This document shows positions 32,828 to 42,841 of a stretch of DNA of 64,000 nt, one piece after another. The DNA is from Escherichia phage phAPEC8. The position numbers and the translations under genes were made by a program. Below the pieces are notes generated by a model. That model was not told the origin of the DNA, made no database searches, and saw nothing but the letters and a program-made list of their open reading frames with translations. The stretch is from sequence record NC_020079.1. One strand, given 5' to 3'. Position 1 is the stretch's first letter. Every line of letters begins with the position of its first letter.

Positions 32828-34393
32828 GTGTCAACAGGAAAAAGAACGTACACTAAAAAGTCAGAATACTGGGACAAAGGTGCTGCAAATAAAGCTGCTC
32901 TCTCTCCAACAAAAGAGGCAGAGAAAGAGAAAACGTTACTCCTGTCACCTGAAATAGGAACGATCGGATTAAACTCAATCAAAGCATTTACGAATTTCAT
33001 GCAACCTTATGAGACTCGTTTCCCAGAATGTATTCGCACTTTTAAAGAGATGGGTGAAGACCCTGATGTAGCTACTGCTCTTGACGCTACATATATCTTT
33101 GTAGATAGAGCATTCTTTGATTTCAAGATAAAATACAATGTAAACTCGGCAAAGTCAAGAAAAGCTGCCAAGTTTATTGATTACATGTTACGCAATATGC
33201 AAGCCCCTCTACGTCAATATGTTAGATCACTTTTGACATATAAGCAATATGGTTTTGCATTCGCAGAGAAAGTTTATGAGTTGGATGAAGATCCTAAAAG
33301 TCCTTACTTTGGGTATTGGCGATTGACCAAATTGGCTTTTAGACCACAAGACACTCTTCACATGGCTCAACCTTTTACATATTCGGCAGACGGACGTTCT
33401 ATTCTATCTGTTAACCAGAATATCACCAATACGATGTTAGCTCCAGGTAATACAACTTTAGAAACTGGTATCAAAGAAATTCCTTTCAGTAAAGTTTTAT
33501 TTGTTGGTAGCAACATTACAGAGAATAACCCACTAGGAGTTAGTCCGCTTTTAGCTGTATATCGTAGCTGGCGTGAAAAATCTCTTATTCAGGAATTTGA
33601 GGTTATTGGGGTATCTAAAGATTTAGGCGGTATGCCAGTTCTCAAGGTTCCAAGTGACATTCTAAACAGGGCATCTTTAGATCCTGCTGGGGATGAAGCA
33701 CAATCTCTTCGAGTTCTCCAAGCCAACATCGCTAACCTGCACTCTGGTGAGCAAGCCTACATGGTATTGCCTTCAGACGTTTATGAAGGTACAGTGATGC
33801 GTCAATACGATCTTGTATTCCAAGGTGTTGATGGCACGGGTAAACAGTTTGACACTCAAGCGCTAATCAAACAACGCAAACTGGATATTTATAACCGTTT
33901 TGGTGCGGGTGTGTTGATTATGGGTGATGGTGATGCAGGAAGTTTTGCGCTTTCTGACAACAAACAAACACTATTGTCTCATTTTATTGAGCGAGATGTA
34001 GATATTGTTGTAGAAGCTATAAACTCTCAACTGATCCCTCAAACACTACGATTAAACAATATCTTCCTCTCTGATGAAGATATGCCTAAGTTTGTCAGTG
34101 GTGAAATGGGTGATCCTGATATTGAAGTAAATGCTAAAGCTATTCAGCAGTTGGTAGCCTCTGGTGCAATACCTTTAACCCCAGAAGTTATTAACGAGTT
34201 CCTTGAAAAAATTGGTTTTGAATATCGCATCCCTGATGATATTGTTGCCAACAAAGAGAAATTCTTTGAATTCATGGATAACTATATGCCTGACAAAACT
34301 TCACGATCAGGAGATGGTTTAGCTACAGCAGGAACTGGAACATCTGATAGCATTTCTGCTTTAGATCCTTCAGCACAAAACCTGTCGAATTAA
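32828..34393 (+). CDS. portal protein
   Basis: 521 aa, directly downstream of the terminase large subunit; GTG start with GGAGGA RBS. Confidence 0.65.
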   Translation: MSTGKRTYTKKSEYWDKGAANKAALSPTKEAEKEKTLLLSPEIGTIGLNSIKAFTNFMQPYETRFPECIRTFKEMGEDPDVATALDATYIFVDRAFFDFKIKYNVNSAKSRKAAKFIDYMLRNMQAPLRQYVRSLLTYKQYGFAFAEKVYELDEDPKSPYFGYWRLTKLAFRPQDTLHMAQPFTYSADGRSILSVNQNITNTMLAPGNTTLETGIKEIPFSKVLFVGSNITENNPLGVSPLLAVYRSWREKSLIQEFEVIGVSKDLGGMPVLKVPSDILNRASLDPAGDEAQSLRVLQANIANLHSGEQAYMVLPSDVYEGTVMRQYDLVFQGVDGTGKQFDTQALIKQRKLDIYNRFGAGVLIMGDGDAGSFALSDNKQTLLSHFIERDVDIVVEAINSQLIPQTLRLNNIFLSDEDMPKFVSGEMGDPDIEVNAKAIQQLVASGAIPLTPEVINEFLEKIGFEYRIPDDIVANKEKFFEFMDNYMPDKTSRSGDGLATAGTGTSDSISALDPSAQNLSN

Positions 34394-34421
34394 AAATATT
34401 TAATATTTTTTAATTTTTCTA

Positions 34422-34450
34422 TTGACAAAACAACAAATATCCTGTAGACT
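34422..34450 (+). promoter_or_regulatory. sigma70-like promoter upstream of the head-assembly genes
   Basis: ATTGACA, 17-nt spacer, TAGACT. Confidence 0.4.
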
Positions 34451-34486
34451 AAGATTTATGGGATATCTGTTTTTAAGAGGTTTCAA

Positions 34487-34966
34487 ATGGAACTCAATAA
34501 AGATACACTGTGGGAACTCTTCAAAACCTTCGCTGGTTTTAAAGAGAATTCTGAATCCCAACAAGATTCTATACCATCTCAAAAACCTGAAACTCTAGTC
34601 AAACAAAATAAATTTGATGAAGAAAAGATGCAGGTTATTGAGGTCTTGTATTGTCCACCTGAAGAAGACGATCTCCACGGAGAGCGCATGTCTGATTTGG
34701 AAATCAGGAAGATGGTTGACAACTTCAATGAGAATATTACCAACATTAGTGGTAATCTTGGTCACATGAAGAACACCGATAAGTTTTCTCCAATTAAAGC
34801 TTGGGTAAATGAAGTCGATTGTTACATTGGTGACGAACTCGTTGTGGAAGGAACTCCCCTCGTTAAAATCCAATTCAACGACCCTGAATTATATCAAGCT
34901 CGTAAAGACGGCGTTCTTAAAGGTTTGAGTATAGGCGCAATGGGCGTTAAAGTCAAGAAGGACTAA
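34487..34966 (+). CDS. putative head morphogenesis protein (159 aa)
   Basis: Position between portal and scaffold-like genes; no motif recognised. Confidence 0.3.
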   Translation: MELNKDTLWELFKTFAGFKENSESQQDSIPSQKPETLVKQNKFDEEKMQVIEVLYCPPEEDDLHGERMSDLEIRKMVDNFNENITNISGNLGHMKNTDKFSPIKAWVNEVDCYIGDELVVEGTPLVKIQFNDPELYQARKDGVLKGLSIGAMGVKVKKD

Positions 34967-34968
34967 TC

Positions 34969-36084
34969 GTGGCAAATACATATTTAACTAACGTAGACTT
35001 TTCAGGAAAAGCTACGGAAGAGTCACTAGGTGCTCATATTGCTTACACTTTTGATTTTCAAGGTGGAGCGGCATCTGGTTATAATACCCCCCTTTTATTT
35101 AAGTCAGACGGATCTCCAGACATAACTTTTGAAAAGTTAGAAGCTCTCACTAAAATGGGAGAAGATGTTACAGAGTTACGTAAAAGCTATATTCAACAAG
35201 TGATGGATCGCATTTCTGAAAAAGTGCGTGAAAAATTTGAAGCTGGTTGGGATTGGGTTTACGTTATTGATGCTGACTTCGATGCGAACGTTGCAATTTT
35301 CTGTTCAGATAACGGTATGTTCTCTGTTGGCTTTAAAGTTGACGGACTGAATGTTGAAGTTGAAGAGGTTGCTAAACCTGTTGTTCGTGTTACTGATTAT
35401 CAAGTTGTTGATGGTGATGTAATGATCTCCATTGATTTCTTTGAGGACGTTTTAGACGATGCTTTGAGTAATCTCGTTAAGAGTTCCTTGAAACAAAGTC
35501 AAGTTAAAGATTATTTAGTGAAAGCTCACGCTAAAGCTAATACAAACTCTGTGGATGCAGAGGCTAACCCCGCAGGTGATAAATCTGCAAACACAACTGG
35601 AATCAATAAAGGAGAAACCCCTTTGGAAAATATCAACAAAGAAGAATTCCTGAAATCTGCTGAATTCCAAGAACTGATGAAAGCACAGATTGCTGAAGCT
35701 GTAGAAAAAGCAGCAGCAGATGCACGTGCAGCCGCAGAACTTGAAGCACAGGAAAAAATCGCTAAGGCAGAACAGGAAGCAGAAGAACTTCGTAAAGCTG
35801 AACAAGCTCGTATCGAAGAAGAATATACAACTGTTGTTAAATCCTATTCTTTCGTAGAAGAAGACAAAGTTGAAGCTCTCGTTAAATATCTGGTAGACAA
35901 TAAAGATATCGCTGAAACTATCGTCAAAGCATTCGAAAAAGCACGTGCAGAAGTGGACGCAGTTAAGAAAGAATTTGGAACAGAACGTGGTGTTGACGTG
36001 ATCAATACTCAACCTGTAGCTAAATCTTCTTCTGAACTGATTAGTCAGAAAGCTGCTGAACTTAAAAAAGCCCAGAAACAATAA
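34969..36084 (+). CDS. putative scaffolding protein
   Basis: 371 aa; C-terminal half Ala/Glu/Lys-rich and helical (AEAVEKAAADARAAAELEAQEKIAKAEQEAEELRKAEQ); immediately upstream of the decoration and capsid genes. Confidence 0.4.
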   Translation: MANTYLTNVDFSGKATEESLGAHIAYTFDFQGGAASGYNTPLLFKSDGSPDITFEKLEALTKMGEDVTELRKSYIQQVMDRISEKVREKFEAGWDWVYVIDADFDANVAIFCSDNGMFSVGFKVDGLNVEVEEVAKPVVRVTDYQVVDGDVMISIDFFEDVLDDALSNLVKSSLKQSQVKDYLVKAHAKANTNSVDAEANPAGDKSANTTGINKGETPLENINKEEFLKSAEFQELMKAQIAEAVEKAAADARAAAELEAQEKIAKAEQEAEELRKAEQARIEEEYTTVVKSYSFVEEDKVEALVKYLVDNKDIAETIVKAFEKARAEVDAVKKEFGTERGVDVINTQPVAKSSSELISQKAAELKKAQKQ

Positions 36085-36103
36085 TCTTAGGAGATTAAAT
36101 TAA

Positions 36104-36502
36104 ATGGCTAAAGGAATTACTTTATCTAACTCTCGCCAGGAATTCGGACACCTGGTTCTGGGTGGAGTGTTTAGCTCTGACCTTGGACACTGTGTACGTG
36201 AAGTTAACCTGGTTAAAACAGCAACCATGAAAATTGGTTCTATCCTGAAAGCTGACAACACTGAAGCTGCTAAAGCTGAAGCTGCCGATGCTGCTAAAGT
36301 TCTGATTTGGACTGATGCTCTGTTCGGTATTGACGATGTAGCAGTAGGTGACACTTTCACCGCAGTTGTTGGCGTACGTGATCTTACTCTGAACCGCTTT
36401 GCAGTATACTACAAAGATGGCTCCCTGGTAGATGACGCTGGCGTAGCAGCACTGGAAACACATGATCTGAAACTGACCGAAAAAGTCGTTTTCACTTCTT
36501 AA
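36104..36502 (+). CDS. head decoration protein (lambda gpD-like position)
   Basis: 132 aa; strong RBS TAGGAGATTAAATTAA; high-expression codon bias; sits immediately before the major capsid gene. Confidence 0.5.
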   Translation: MAKGITLSNSRQEFGHLVLGGVFSSDLGHCVREVNLVKTATMKIGSILKADNTEAAKAEAADAAKVLIWTDALFGIDDVAVGDTFTAVVGVRDLTLNRFAVYYKDGSLVDDAGVAALETHDLKLTEKVVFTS

Positions 36503-36523
36503 TTTTAATAGGAGATTAATATA

Positions 36524-37525
36524 ATGCCAGCAGTAATTTTAGATCAGGTTGTAGATTTCAGCCCTATGATCGAACTTCAGGATTCCCCTGATACACTGAT
36601 TGCCAGCCTGAATCTGTTCAGTGTTGACTATCATTCAACTACCGCTATTGAAATCGGTAAAGAAAAAGCTGAAGATGCTCTGATCTCCGCTCGTGAGCGT
36701 GGTGGTGAGCGTAACTTCCTGACCATGAAAAATCCAGAACTGAAAGCGTTCCGCATTCCGTTCTTCCCTCTGGATAAAAACATCAAAGCTCAAGATATTC
36801 AATCTTTCCGTAGCTTTGCAATGGCAGGAATCAATGACTCTCTGCGCACAGACGCTGAAGTTGTTAACCGCTATATGTCCCAGATTCTGCGTGACGTAGC
36901 AAAAACCAAAGAGAAAATCTTTGCAGAAGCAGTTATGGGTCGTGCCTATAACGGCGTAGGTGGTGCAGCTAACTCTGCATACAACTGGTATACCGAATGG
37001 GGTGCTACCCAGAAATCTGTTGCTGTAGACTTTGCTTCTACCACTGTTTCTCCAGCAGCCACTATCGAACAAGAAGCTCGTGCTTACATCATCGATACTA
37101 AACAAGATGGCTCTACCGCTACCCGTATCGTAGCTCTGTGTTCTCGTGAATTTTTCGCATCTCTGGTTAACTCTCCGTTTGTTCGCCAGGCGTATCAGTA
37201 TTTCCAGGGAACTCCTAACCTTCTGCGTGACCGCCTTAGCGGTAACATGGATGTTCAGGTGTTCGAATGGAATGGTGTAACTTACATTGAAGATATCCAC
37301 GGTAACATCCCTGCTGGTGAAGCATATGTTCTGCCTATGGGTATCGAAGGTATGTTCCAGGCGCACTACGCTCCTGCGGATACTCCAGAACTGGCTAACA
37401 CCCAGGCTCGTGAACTGTATACCTTCATGATCAGCCAGCACCGCACTATTCAGCTTCAGTCTGAATTCTCGCTGCTCGCAGTTAACACCCGTCCAGAACT
37501 GGTAGTTAAACTGACTACGGCTTAA
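36524..37525 (+). CDS. major capsid protein (lambda gpE-like)
   Basis: 333 aa; C-terminal ANTQARELYTF.. resembles lambda E (GNTQARGLRTYG..); strong RBS, codon bias, terminator downstream. Confidence 0.7.
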   Translation: MPAVILDQVVDFSPMIELQDSPDTLIASLNLFSVDYHSTTAIEIGKEKAEDALISARERGGERNFLTMKNPELKAFRIPFFPLDKNIKAQDIQSFRSFAMAGINDSLRTDAEVVNRYMSQILRDVAKTKEKIFAEAVMGRAYNGVGGAANSAYNWYTEWGATQKSVAVDFASTTVSPAATIEQEARAYIIDTKQDGSTATRIVALCSREFFASLVNSPFVRQAYQYFQGTPNLLRDRLSGNMDVQVFEWNGVTYIEDIHGNIPAGEAYVLPMGIEGMFQAHYAPADTPELANTQARELYTFMISQHRTIQLQSEFSLLAVNTRPELVVKLTTA

Positions 37526-37546
37526 TAGAACTCTGTTAATATTAGA

Positions 37547-37575
37547 GGCTCGTCCGTGATGGGCGAGCCTTTTCT
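37547..37575 (+). terminator. rho-independent terminator after the major capsid gene
   Basis: GGCTCG...CGAGCC hairpin followed by TTTTCTGTTT. Confidence 0.5.
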
Positions 37576-37609
37576 GTTTACAATAAGAGTTTACAATGAG
37601 GAGATTGAT

Positions 37610-37954
37610 ATGTCAAACCCAGAATTGAAACGTTACTTTAGTTATCACGAAATGATTCGTGATTTCGAATCGCTTTCACCACTGATTGATGCTGATAAAA
37701 CATTAGTATCTGCGCCACCAATGTCTTTCTATCTGAAAGATGGTCGTATTGCATTAGGTGGAAACTTCATTCACTTCCTCACGCGTTTGAGAGAAGAAAC
37801 AGGTATTCTTGTGCATCCTTTTGCAAGTGAAGAACACATGGGTTACTATCTTGTGAGTTACGAAGACTATGCACCTGTAAAAATCAAAGAAGAAGTTTTA
37901 AAAGTAGAAGCGGTAGACACTCCAGCTAAAAAACGTTCCCTTCGTAAAAAATAA
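37610..37954 (+). CDS. hypothetical head-tail joining region protein
   Basis: Start moved to the ATG at 37610 (MSNPELKRY..) with GAGGAG RBS; the track start lies inside the terminator hairpin. Confidence 0.35.
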   Translation: MSNPELKRYFSYHEMIRDFESLSPLIDADKTLVSAPPMSFYLKDGRIALGGNFIHFLTRLREETGILVHPFASEEHMGYYLVSYEDYAPVKIKEEVLKVEAVDTPAKKRSLRKK

Positions 37955-37963
37955 GGTGGGCTT

Positions 37964-38512
37964 ATGCTGAATGCGGTAGAGTTGGCACCACTGATCCGAA
38001 TTCTTGTTTATAACCCTTCTCAAGAAGTATTGCCAGATGCAATGCTGATTCAGATCATCCAAACTTGGATTGATATTATAGGGAATGAAGATAAGGATAA
38101 GTGTGCAGTATTGTGGAACAGCTTGATTTCTGTTTTAGAGTATTTATGGAACAACGATGTTCTTAACAACAGTACTCAAACAGGGGGAGCTATGTCCCGC
38201 AGAGAAAAGATGGGTGAAGTCGAAGTTGAAGTTAAATTTAACAACGGTCAAATCACTTATAAGTCTCCGTGGGAAGATATCTATCATAACTATTTAAATG
38301 GTCTTATGGTCATTCCTGGGTGCACGGCAGGACGAGGAGCAACCAGTAAAGTTCTTATTGGTGGTGTTGATGCTCGTGAGATTGATCGAGTAAACAGCGA
38401 TCCTAACTCTGTAAATGGTCTTGGTAATGTTGCAAGTGTTGATCGTAATACACGCAACGTTAATTATTTGCGAAATTACGGACCTGTTTCTTTTTATCGT
38501 AGGGACAAATAA
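37964..38512 (+). CDS. hypothetical structural protein (182 aa)
   Basis: ORF track; within the head-to-tail module. Confidence 0.35.
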   Translation: MLNAVELAPLIRILVYNPSQEVLPDAMLIQIIQTWIDIIGNEDKDKCAVLWNSLISVLEYLWNNDVLNNSTQTGGAMSRREKMGEVEVEVKFNNGQITYKSPWEDIYHNYLNGLMVIPGCTAGRGATSKVLIGGVDAREIDRVNSDPNSVNGLGNVASVDRNTRNVNYLRNYGPVSFYRRDK

Positions 38513-39000
38513 TGGAAAGTGAGATCTTACCAGGGGACGATACAGATTGGGAAACCATTATCAAAAAGATGATGGACCTTGAACAAGTTCAAATCGAAGC
38601 TGGTTTTTTAACAAACAGAAGGCATCCTGAATCAGATCTCACTATTCCTGCAATAGCAGCTATTCAACAATATGGTAATGAAACAAATAACATACCTGCT
38701 CGCCCTTTTATAACAGATGGTGCTGTTATCTCACAGAACAATATCGCTAAAAAGATGAAGCAGGTGTTTGCAAATTACTTAATGCATAATGTTGGGTTAG
38801 CTGTTTTTGAGCCTATAGCGAGAGCCTCTAGAGAAGGAATAGCTCAAGCGATTGCAATGCAACGTTATCGTCCTTTATCTCCTGTGACAATTAAGATACG
38901 ACAAGATAAAGGCAACTATTCTAATCATATCTTAATAGATACGGCACACATGATAAATGCAATCGAAACAAAAATCACAAAAAGCAAGTCTAAAAAATAA
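38512..39000 (+). CDS. hypothetical structural protein (162 aa)
   Basis: ORF track; start overlaps the previous stop. Confidence 0.35.
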   Translation: MESEILPGDDTDWETIIKKMMDLEQVQIEAGFLTNRRHPESDLTIPAIAAIQQYGNETNNIPARPFITDGAVISQNNIAKKMKQVFANYLMHNVGLAVFEPIARASREGIAQAIAMQRYRPLSPVTIKIRQDKGNYSNHILIDTAHMINAIETKITKSKSKK

Positions 39001-39045
39001 CTTGCATAAACTTTGTTTTTGATGTATACTAAAAAGGAGATACAA

Positions 39046-39462
39046 GTGTTACTAGATCAATTTACTCTCCTTGATCTAACTGAATACCAAGGTCGTAGAC
39101 GAGTCTACAAAGAGGCCGTTGGTTCAGTTATTGCTAACTTAGAAAGTAGTGTAGAATATGAACCATTTACTATTGAAGCTGCAAGCTTACAACCGATATC
39201 TGGTAAAACACTGAATGCACTACCTGAAGGTTACAGATCTAAGGCTCAATATAGTTTCTGGACTAAAACAGAAATGAAGGGGTTACAACAAGGAACAGAA
39301 CAGTTATCAGATCAGATATTGATAGATGGTAAATGGTATTCTGTTTATTCCCTTAAAGATTGGACCAGAACATCTTTCTTAGTCCATCATCACTGTGTTG
39401 CAATATTAGATGATCAAAACAACTCCTGGTCTTATGGAACAGAAGGAGGAAATTTTGGCTAA
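39046..39462 (+). CDS. hypothetical structural protein
   Basis: Start moved to the GTG at 39046 with AAGGAGA RBS. Confidence 0.35.
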   Translation: MLLDQFTLLDLTEYQGRRRVYKEAVGSVIANLESSVEYEPFTIEAASLQPISGKTLNALPEGYRSKAQYSFWTKTEMKGLQQGTEQLSDQILIDGKWYSVYSLKDWTRTSFLVHHHCVAILDDQNNSWSYGTEGGNFG

Positions 39463-40093
39463 TATTTACCAACAAATAGAAGCATACGAAAATGCCATCT
39501 ACTTAAATATAGGTGGCTTCCTTCAAGAATTAGTGGGGTTGCCAGTCTATGTTATGGATAAGCCATTCATTAAACCGGATACTCCTTACCTAGCACTACG
39601 TATTATCACTTCCAGCGATTCTGGAGGTTGGTCTTACCGAAGCTCTATTCAAAATGATATGTATTCCTACGAGATGGATAATACCTACGAGATTGAACTT
39701 GTAGCCTATCGTGGAAGACCTACCACTTTGATGAGCTATGTTCTGGCTGCTCTCCGTGGTGCAGAGGAATTAAAATACAAACATCTCTATTCTAAAGGTC
39801 TTGGTTTTTTAGGAGCCTCTAATATAGCTCAAGCCAATACAATTGTAGACGGAGATAAGACTGAATTAAGAGCGCGTATGGTTATGACGTTCAACACTCG
39901 TATGAGTATTGAAGATATTGCTACTACACCAATAGAAGCAATCAACATGCACATCCGTTCATTCAGAGATAGTTACAATGATCCTATCCCTTTAGATTTA
40001 ATTCTAAACAGGGTTTATGCAATTACTTTGGTTCCAGGCGAATACTCGTCAGTTAATCAAAATGGATCATTATTTAACAACCCTACCGAATAA
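39434..40093 (+). CDS. hypothetical neck or tail-completion protein
   Basis: Start uncertain (ATG 39434, or TTG 39455 after AAGGAGG); precedes the sheath gene. Confidence 0.35.
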   Translation: MEQKEEILANIYQQIEAYENAIYLNIGGFLQELVGLPVYVMDKPFIKPDTPYLALRIITSSDSGGWSYRSSIQNDMYSYEMDNTYEIELVAYRGRPTTLMSYVLAALRGAEELKYKHLYSKGLGFLGASNIAQANTIVDGDKTELRARMVMTFNTRMSIEDIATTPIEAINMHIRSFRDSYNDPIPLDLILNRVYAITLVPGEYSSVNQNGSLFNNPTE

Positions 40094-40127
40094 ACTCATT
40101 GGAATTAAGTTTCTAACAGGAGCATAA

Positions 40128-41501
40128 ATGGCAACTTTTCGTGAAAAGGTAGCAACCGTAACTTTACTGTATGGTGCTACATCAATTCGTGAAACCCAGT
40201 TCGATATTCCCCTGATCCTTACAGGTCAGAACGTAACTGGCGAAGCGATTCAATATTACTCTTCTTCCGATGCACTTTTGGAAGCAGGTTATGGATTAAA
40301 TGATCCAGCGTATATTATGGCAGTCAAACTGTTTAACGGTTTGTTCCCACCAGATCAAGTCATGGTTGGTAAGCGTGAAGTTACAAACTTTACTCTAACT
40401 CCAATCGTAGAAGATAGTGCAACTTACACAATTACCATCAAAAATGGTACCAAGAAAAAAGAATTTAAATTCATTGCTGATGACACTGCAACTGCACAAG
40501 AGATTGTAGTTGGTCTGACTGAAATGATCAATGCAGATCTTGTTTATGGCCCACTGTTTACAGTAGCTAACAACGGTGCTGCAATGACTTTCACTCCAGT
40601 AGAAGGTAAGTTTGGTTCTATTGACAGCACAGGTTTCACTCAAGAAACTGTCTATGCTAATGCTATTACGGAAGATATTGCTGCTCTGCATGATATTGAT
40701 AGTAGCTGGTTCTGGACCCTTTCAGATTCCCATGAAACAGAAGATGTTCTAGCTTTGGCTGCATGGGTAGAAGAGAATGATAAAGTTTACTTCTTCTCTA
40801 GCTCTGAACCTGGAATTAAAACGAAAGCAGAAGATAACGTTCTGGAACGACTGAATGACCTCGGTTATAATAACACTTGCTTTGCTTTGTGGATGACCGA
40901 TGCAGATTCTGTATTCCCAGAAGCAGCAGTTGTTGGTGCAATCTGTTCTCGTCAACCTGGTTTAACTACTCTTCACGGTAAAACACTGGTAGGCGTAGAG
41001 ATCGAGAAACTGGATCAGACTTCGGAAAACAATATTGTTCAACAGAACGGTAACATCTATCGTAAAGAGCATGGAACTCTGTTCTATCGTGACGGATTGA
41101 TGGTTAGCGGTTTCTTTGTTGACTATGTTGTTCATGCTTTGTGGTTTAAAGCTCGCACAGAAGAATCACTGTTTACACTGTTTAAACAACAGTCTATGCT
41201 GGGTGGTGGTGTTCGTGCTACTTCAAATGGTCTGGCTTTGATTCGACAAGCTGTTCTGGCTAACCCGATCCAAGTAGGTATCCTCAACGGTTCCATCGCT
41301 AATGAAGTTGTTACTTCTGAAGAGACTGGTTTGCGTGTCGATCTGAAACCTATCGTTTATATTCCTTCTCGTGCCGATATGACTGATGCGCAAATCAATG
41401 CTCGTCTGGTCGATGGGATGAAGATTGAATATGTTTACGCTGGCTTCTTCCATTACGTTAAAGTTCAGGTTAACGTCCTGACTAACCGTACTGCAAACTA
41501 A
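40128..41501 (+). CDS. tail sheath protein
   Basis: 457 aa; high-expression codon bias; followed by tube, chaperone and tape-measure genes in canonical contractile-tail order. Confidence 0.55.
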   Translation: MATFREKVATVTLLYGATSIRETQFDIPLILTGQNVTGEAIQYYSSSDALLEAGYGLNDPAYIMAVKLFNGLFPPDQVMVGKREVTNFTLTPIVEDSATYTITIKNGTKKKEFKFIADDTATAQEIVVGLTEMINADLVYGPLFTVANNGAAMTFTPVEGKFGSIDSTGFTQETVYANAITEDIAALHDIDSSWFWTLSDSHETEDVLALAAWVEENDKVYFFSSSEPGIKTKAEDNVLERLNDLGYNNTCFALWMTDADSVFPEAAVVGAICSRQPGLTTLHGKTLVGVEIEKLDQTSENNIVQQNGNIYRKEHGTLFYRDGLMVSGFFVDYVVHALWFKARTEESLFTLFKQQSMLGGGVRATSNGLALIRQAVLANPIQVGILNGSIANEVVTSEETGLRVDLKPIVYIPSRADMTDAQINARLVDGMKIEYVYAGFFHYVKVQVNVLTNRTAN

Positions 41502-41547
41502 TACGGCGGGGGTTAAGCCCCCGTTATCAAAATAAAGAGGATCTATA

Positions 41548-42027
41548 ATGGATAAAATGCTTACTGGCGTAATGGCCTACGACCCATCTCAAGTTATCCT
41601 TTCATTAGGTGGTTGGGAACCGTGGGGTTTTGCGGCTGATACTAAAATCGTTATTGCTAAATCTAACGATATTATCAACCCTTATTCAGGGACTGATGGC
41701 GACGTTTCACTAGCTTTGAGTCGTAACCGTTTAGGAACACTCACAATGTCTTTGCAACGCACATCTCCAGCTAACGAAGTACTTGCAACATATGCACAAA
41801 CAATGTATTCTACTCGTCAAGTAGCGTTCAGTGTTTACTTGGAAGACCCACGTGGCTATTACATTAGCACGATTGGATGGATTCAAAGTCAGCCTGAAGA
41901 TACTATTGGCGAAATGATTACAGAGAACCAATGGGTTATTGGTCTTAAAGATGCAAGCCTTCTGCGTAATGAAGTTGGTGTAGGTTTGAGCACCCTTAAC
42001 TCAATCTCTGCTCTGACAATTCAATAA
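41548..42027 (+). CDS. tail tube protein
   Basis: 159 aa gene immediately after the sheath gene; terminator hairpin downstream. Confidence 0.5.
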   Translation: MDKMLTGVMAYDPSQVILSLGGWEPWGFAADTKIVIAKSNDIINPYSGTDGDVSLALSRNRLGTLTMSLQRTSPANEVLATYAQTMYSTRQVAFSVYLEDPRGYYISTIGWIQSQPEDTIGEMITENQWVIGLKDASLLRNEVGVGLSTLNSISALTIQ

Positions 42028-42034
42028 TAAATAA

Positions 42035-42056
42035 AGGGCAGAAATGCCCTTTTTAT
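42035..42056 (+). terminator. rho-independent terminator after the tube gene
   Basis: AGGGCA-GAAA-TGCCCT hairpin followed by TTTTT. Confidence 0.55.
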
Positions 42057-42072
42057 CATTAGAGAGGAAAAT

Positions 42073-42555
42073 ATGTCACAAGAACAAGATAACACAATTC
42101 AAAAATATGCTCGACCAGAAGAAGTAGTTGAGATTCCGTTAGATGGAAACAGATCTGTTACTTTCCGTATTATGAAGTGGAGTCCATCTAAAGTGTTTGA
42201 CAGGATTCCAGAATTAGGTAGTGTTCTGGTTGTTCCTATGACTATGTATAGCACAGCAACAATGTCCGCAGACGAAGACCTTGAGTCACGTATTGCTATG
42301 GCACTGATCCAACTTTTTGCAGGTTTGGAAGAAAAGAATTTAACTGTCTTTTTGCGTAAAATTTTAGATGAGGTTTATACTCAAGACGGTTATAACGTTG
42401 CAGAAAATTTTGATGAATTATTTATGGCTCACCCAGAACTAGTGTTAGATCTTACGGCTAAAGTTCTGGAGGTAAACTACGGCCCTTTTTTCAAACGAGG
42501 TTTCGGAAAACTGTTCACACAGCTTCAGGCGATGACGAGTTTAGCAGCAAATTAA
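42073..42555 (+). CDS. tail assembly chaperone (lambda G-like, zero-frame product)
   Basis: 160 aa ORF directly upstream of the tape measure gene; contains a slippery heptamer near its 3' end. Confidence 0.5.
   Translation: MSQEQDNTIQKYARPEEVVEIPLDGNRSVTFRIMKWSPSKVFDRIPELGSVLVVPMTMYSTATMSADEDLESRIAMALIQLFAGLEEKNLTVFLRKILDEVYTQDGYNVAENFDELFMAHPELVLDLTAKVLEVNYGPFFKRGFGKLFTQLQAMTSLAAN
42486..42492 (+). other. -1 programmed ribosomal frameshift slippery heptamer T_TTT_TTC
   Basis: X_XXY_YYZ heptamer in the zero frame of the chaperone gene; the -1 frame is open from 42462 to 42821. Confidence 0.5.
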
Positions 42556-42821
42556 CACCTGCGATTGAACATGCTATCGACACAGCAACGAAAACCCTTA
42601 CTTTGAAGTGGTATGAGGTTATTCTTTGCAAAGTCGTTAAAGATACCTCGGAAACACTGAAAACATTGGATAACTACGGTGTAGATTATCTTTTAAAACT
42701 ATATGAGTATTTAACATACGAAGAGTATGTTGAAGCCATGTATGTTAAAGACACTTCAATAAAGAGAAAACATCAAAACCAGACAAATAAAATGTCAGAT
42801 TTGTTTAAGAAACTTGTTTAA
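42492..42821 (+). CDS. frameshift extension of the tail assembly chaperone (GT-like)
   Basis: -1 frame open across the overlap and continuous with the track ORF 42603..42821; fusion about 249 aa. Confidence 0.45.
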   Translation, partial: QTRFRKTVHTASGDDEFSSKLTPAIEHAIDTATKTLTLKWYEVILCKVVKDTSETLKTLDNYGVDYLLKLYEYLTYEEYVEAMYVKDTSIKRKHQNQTNKMSDLFKKLV

Positions 42822-42841
42822 TCCAACACGAGGAACATACT

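Noticed and set aside
35515-36081. 188-aa minus-strand ORF antisense to the scaffold-like gene
   Set aside because: Low-complexity Phe/Cys-rich translation typical of the reverse strand of an Ala/Glu/Lys-rich gene.
36635-37441. 268-aa minus-strand ORF inside the major capsid gene
   Set aside because: Antisense to a gene with a strong RBS, capsid-family similarity and high-expression codon bias; no RBS of its own.
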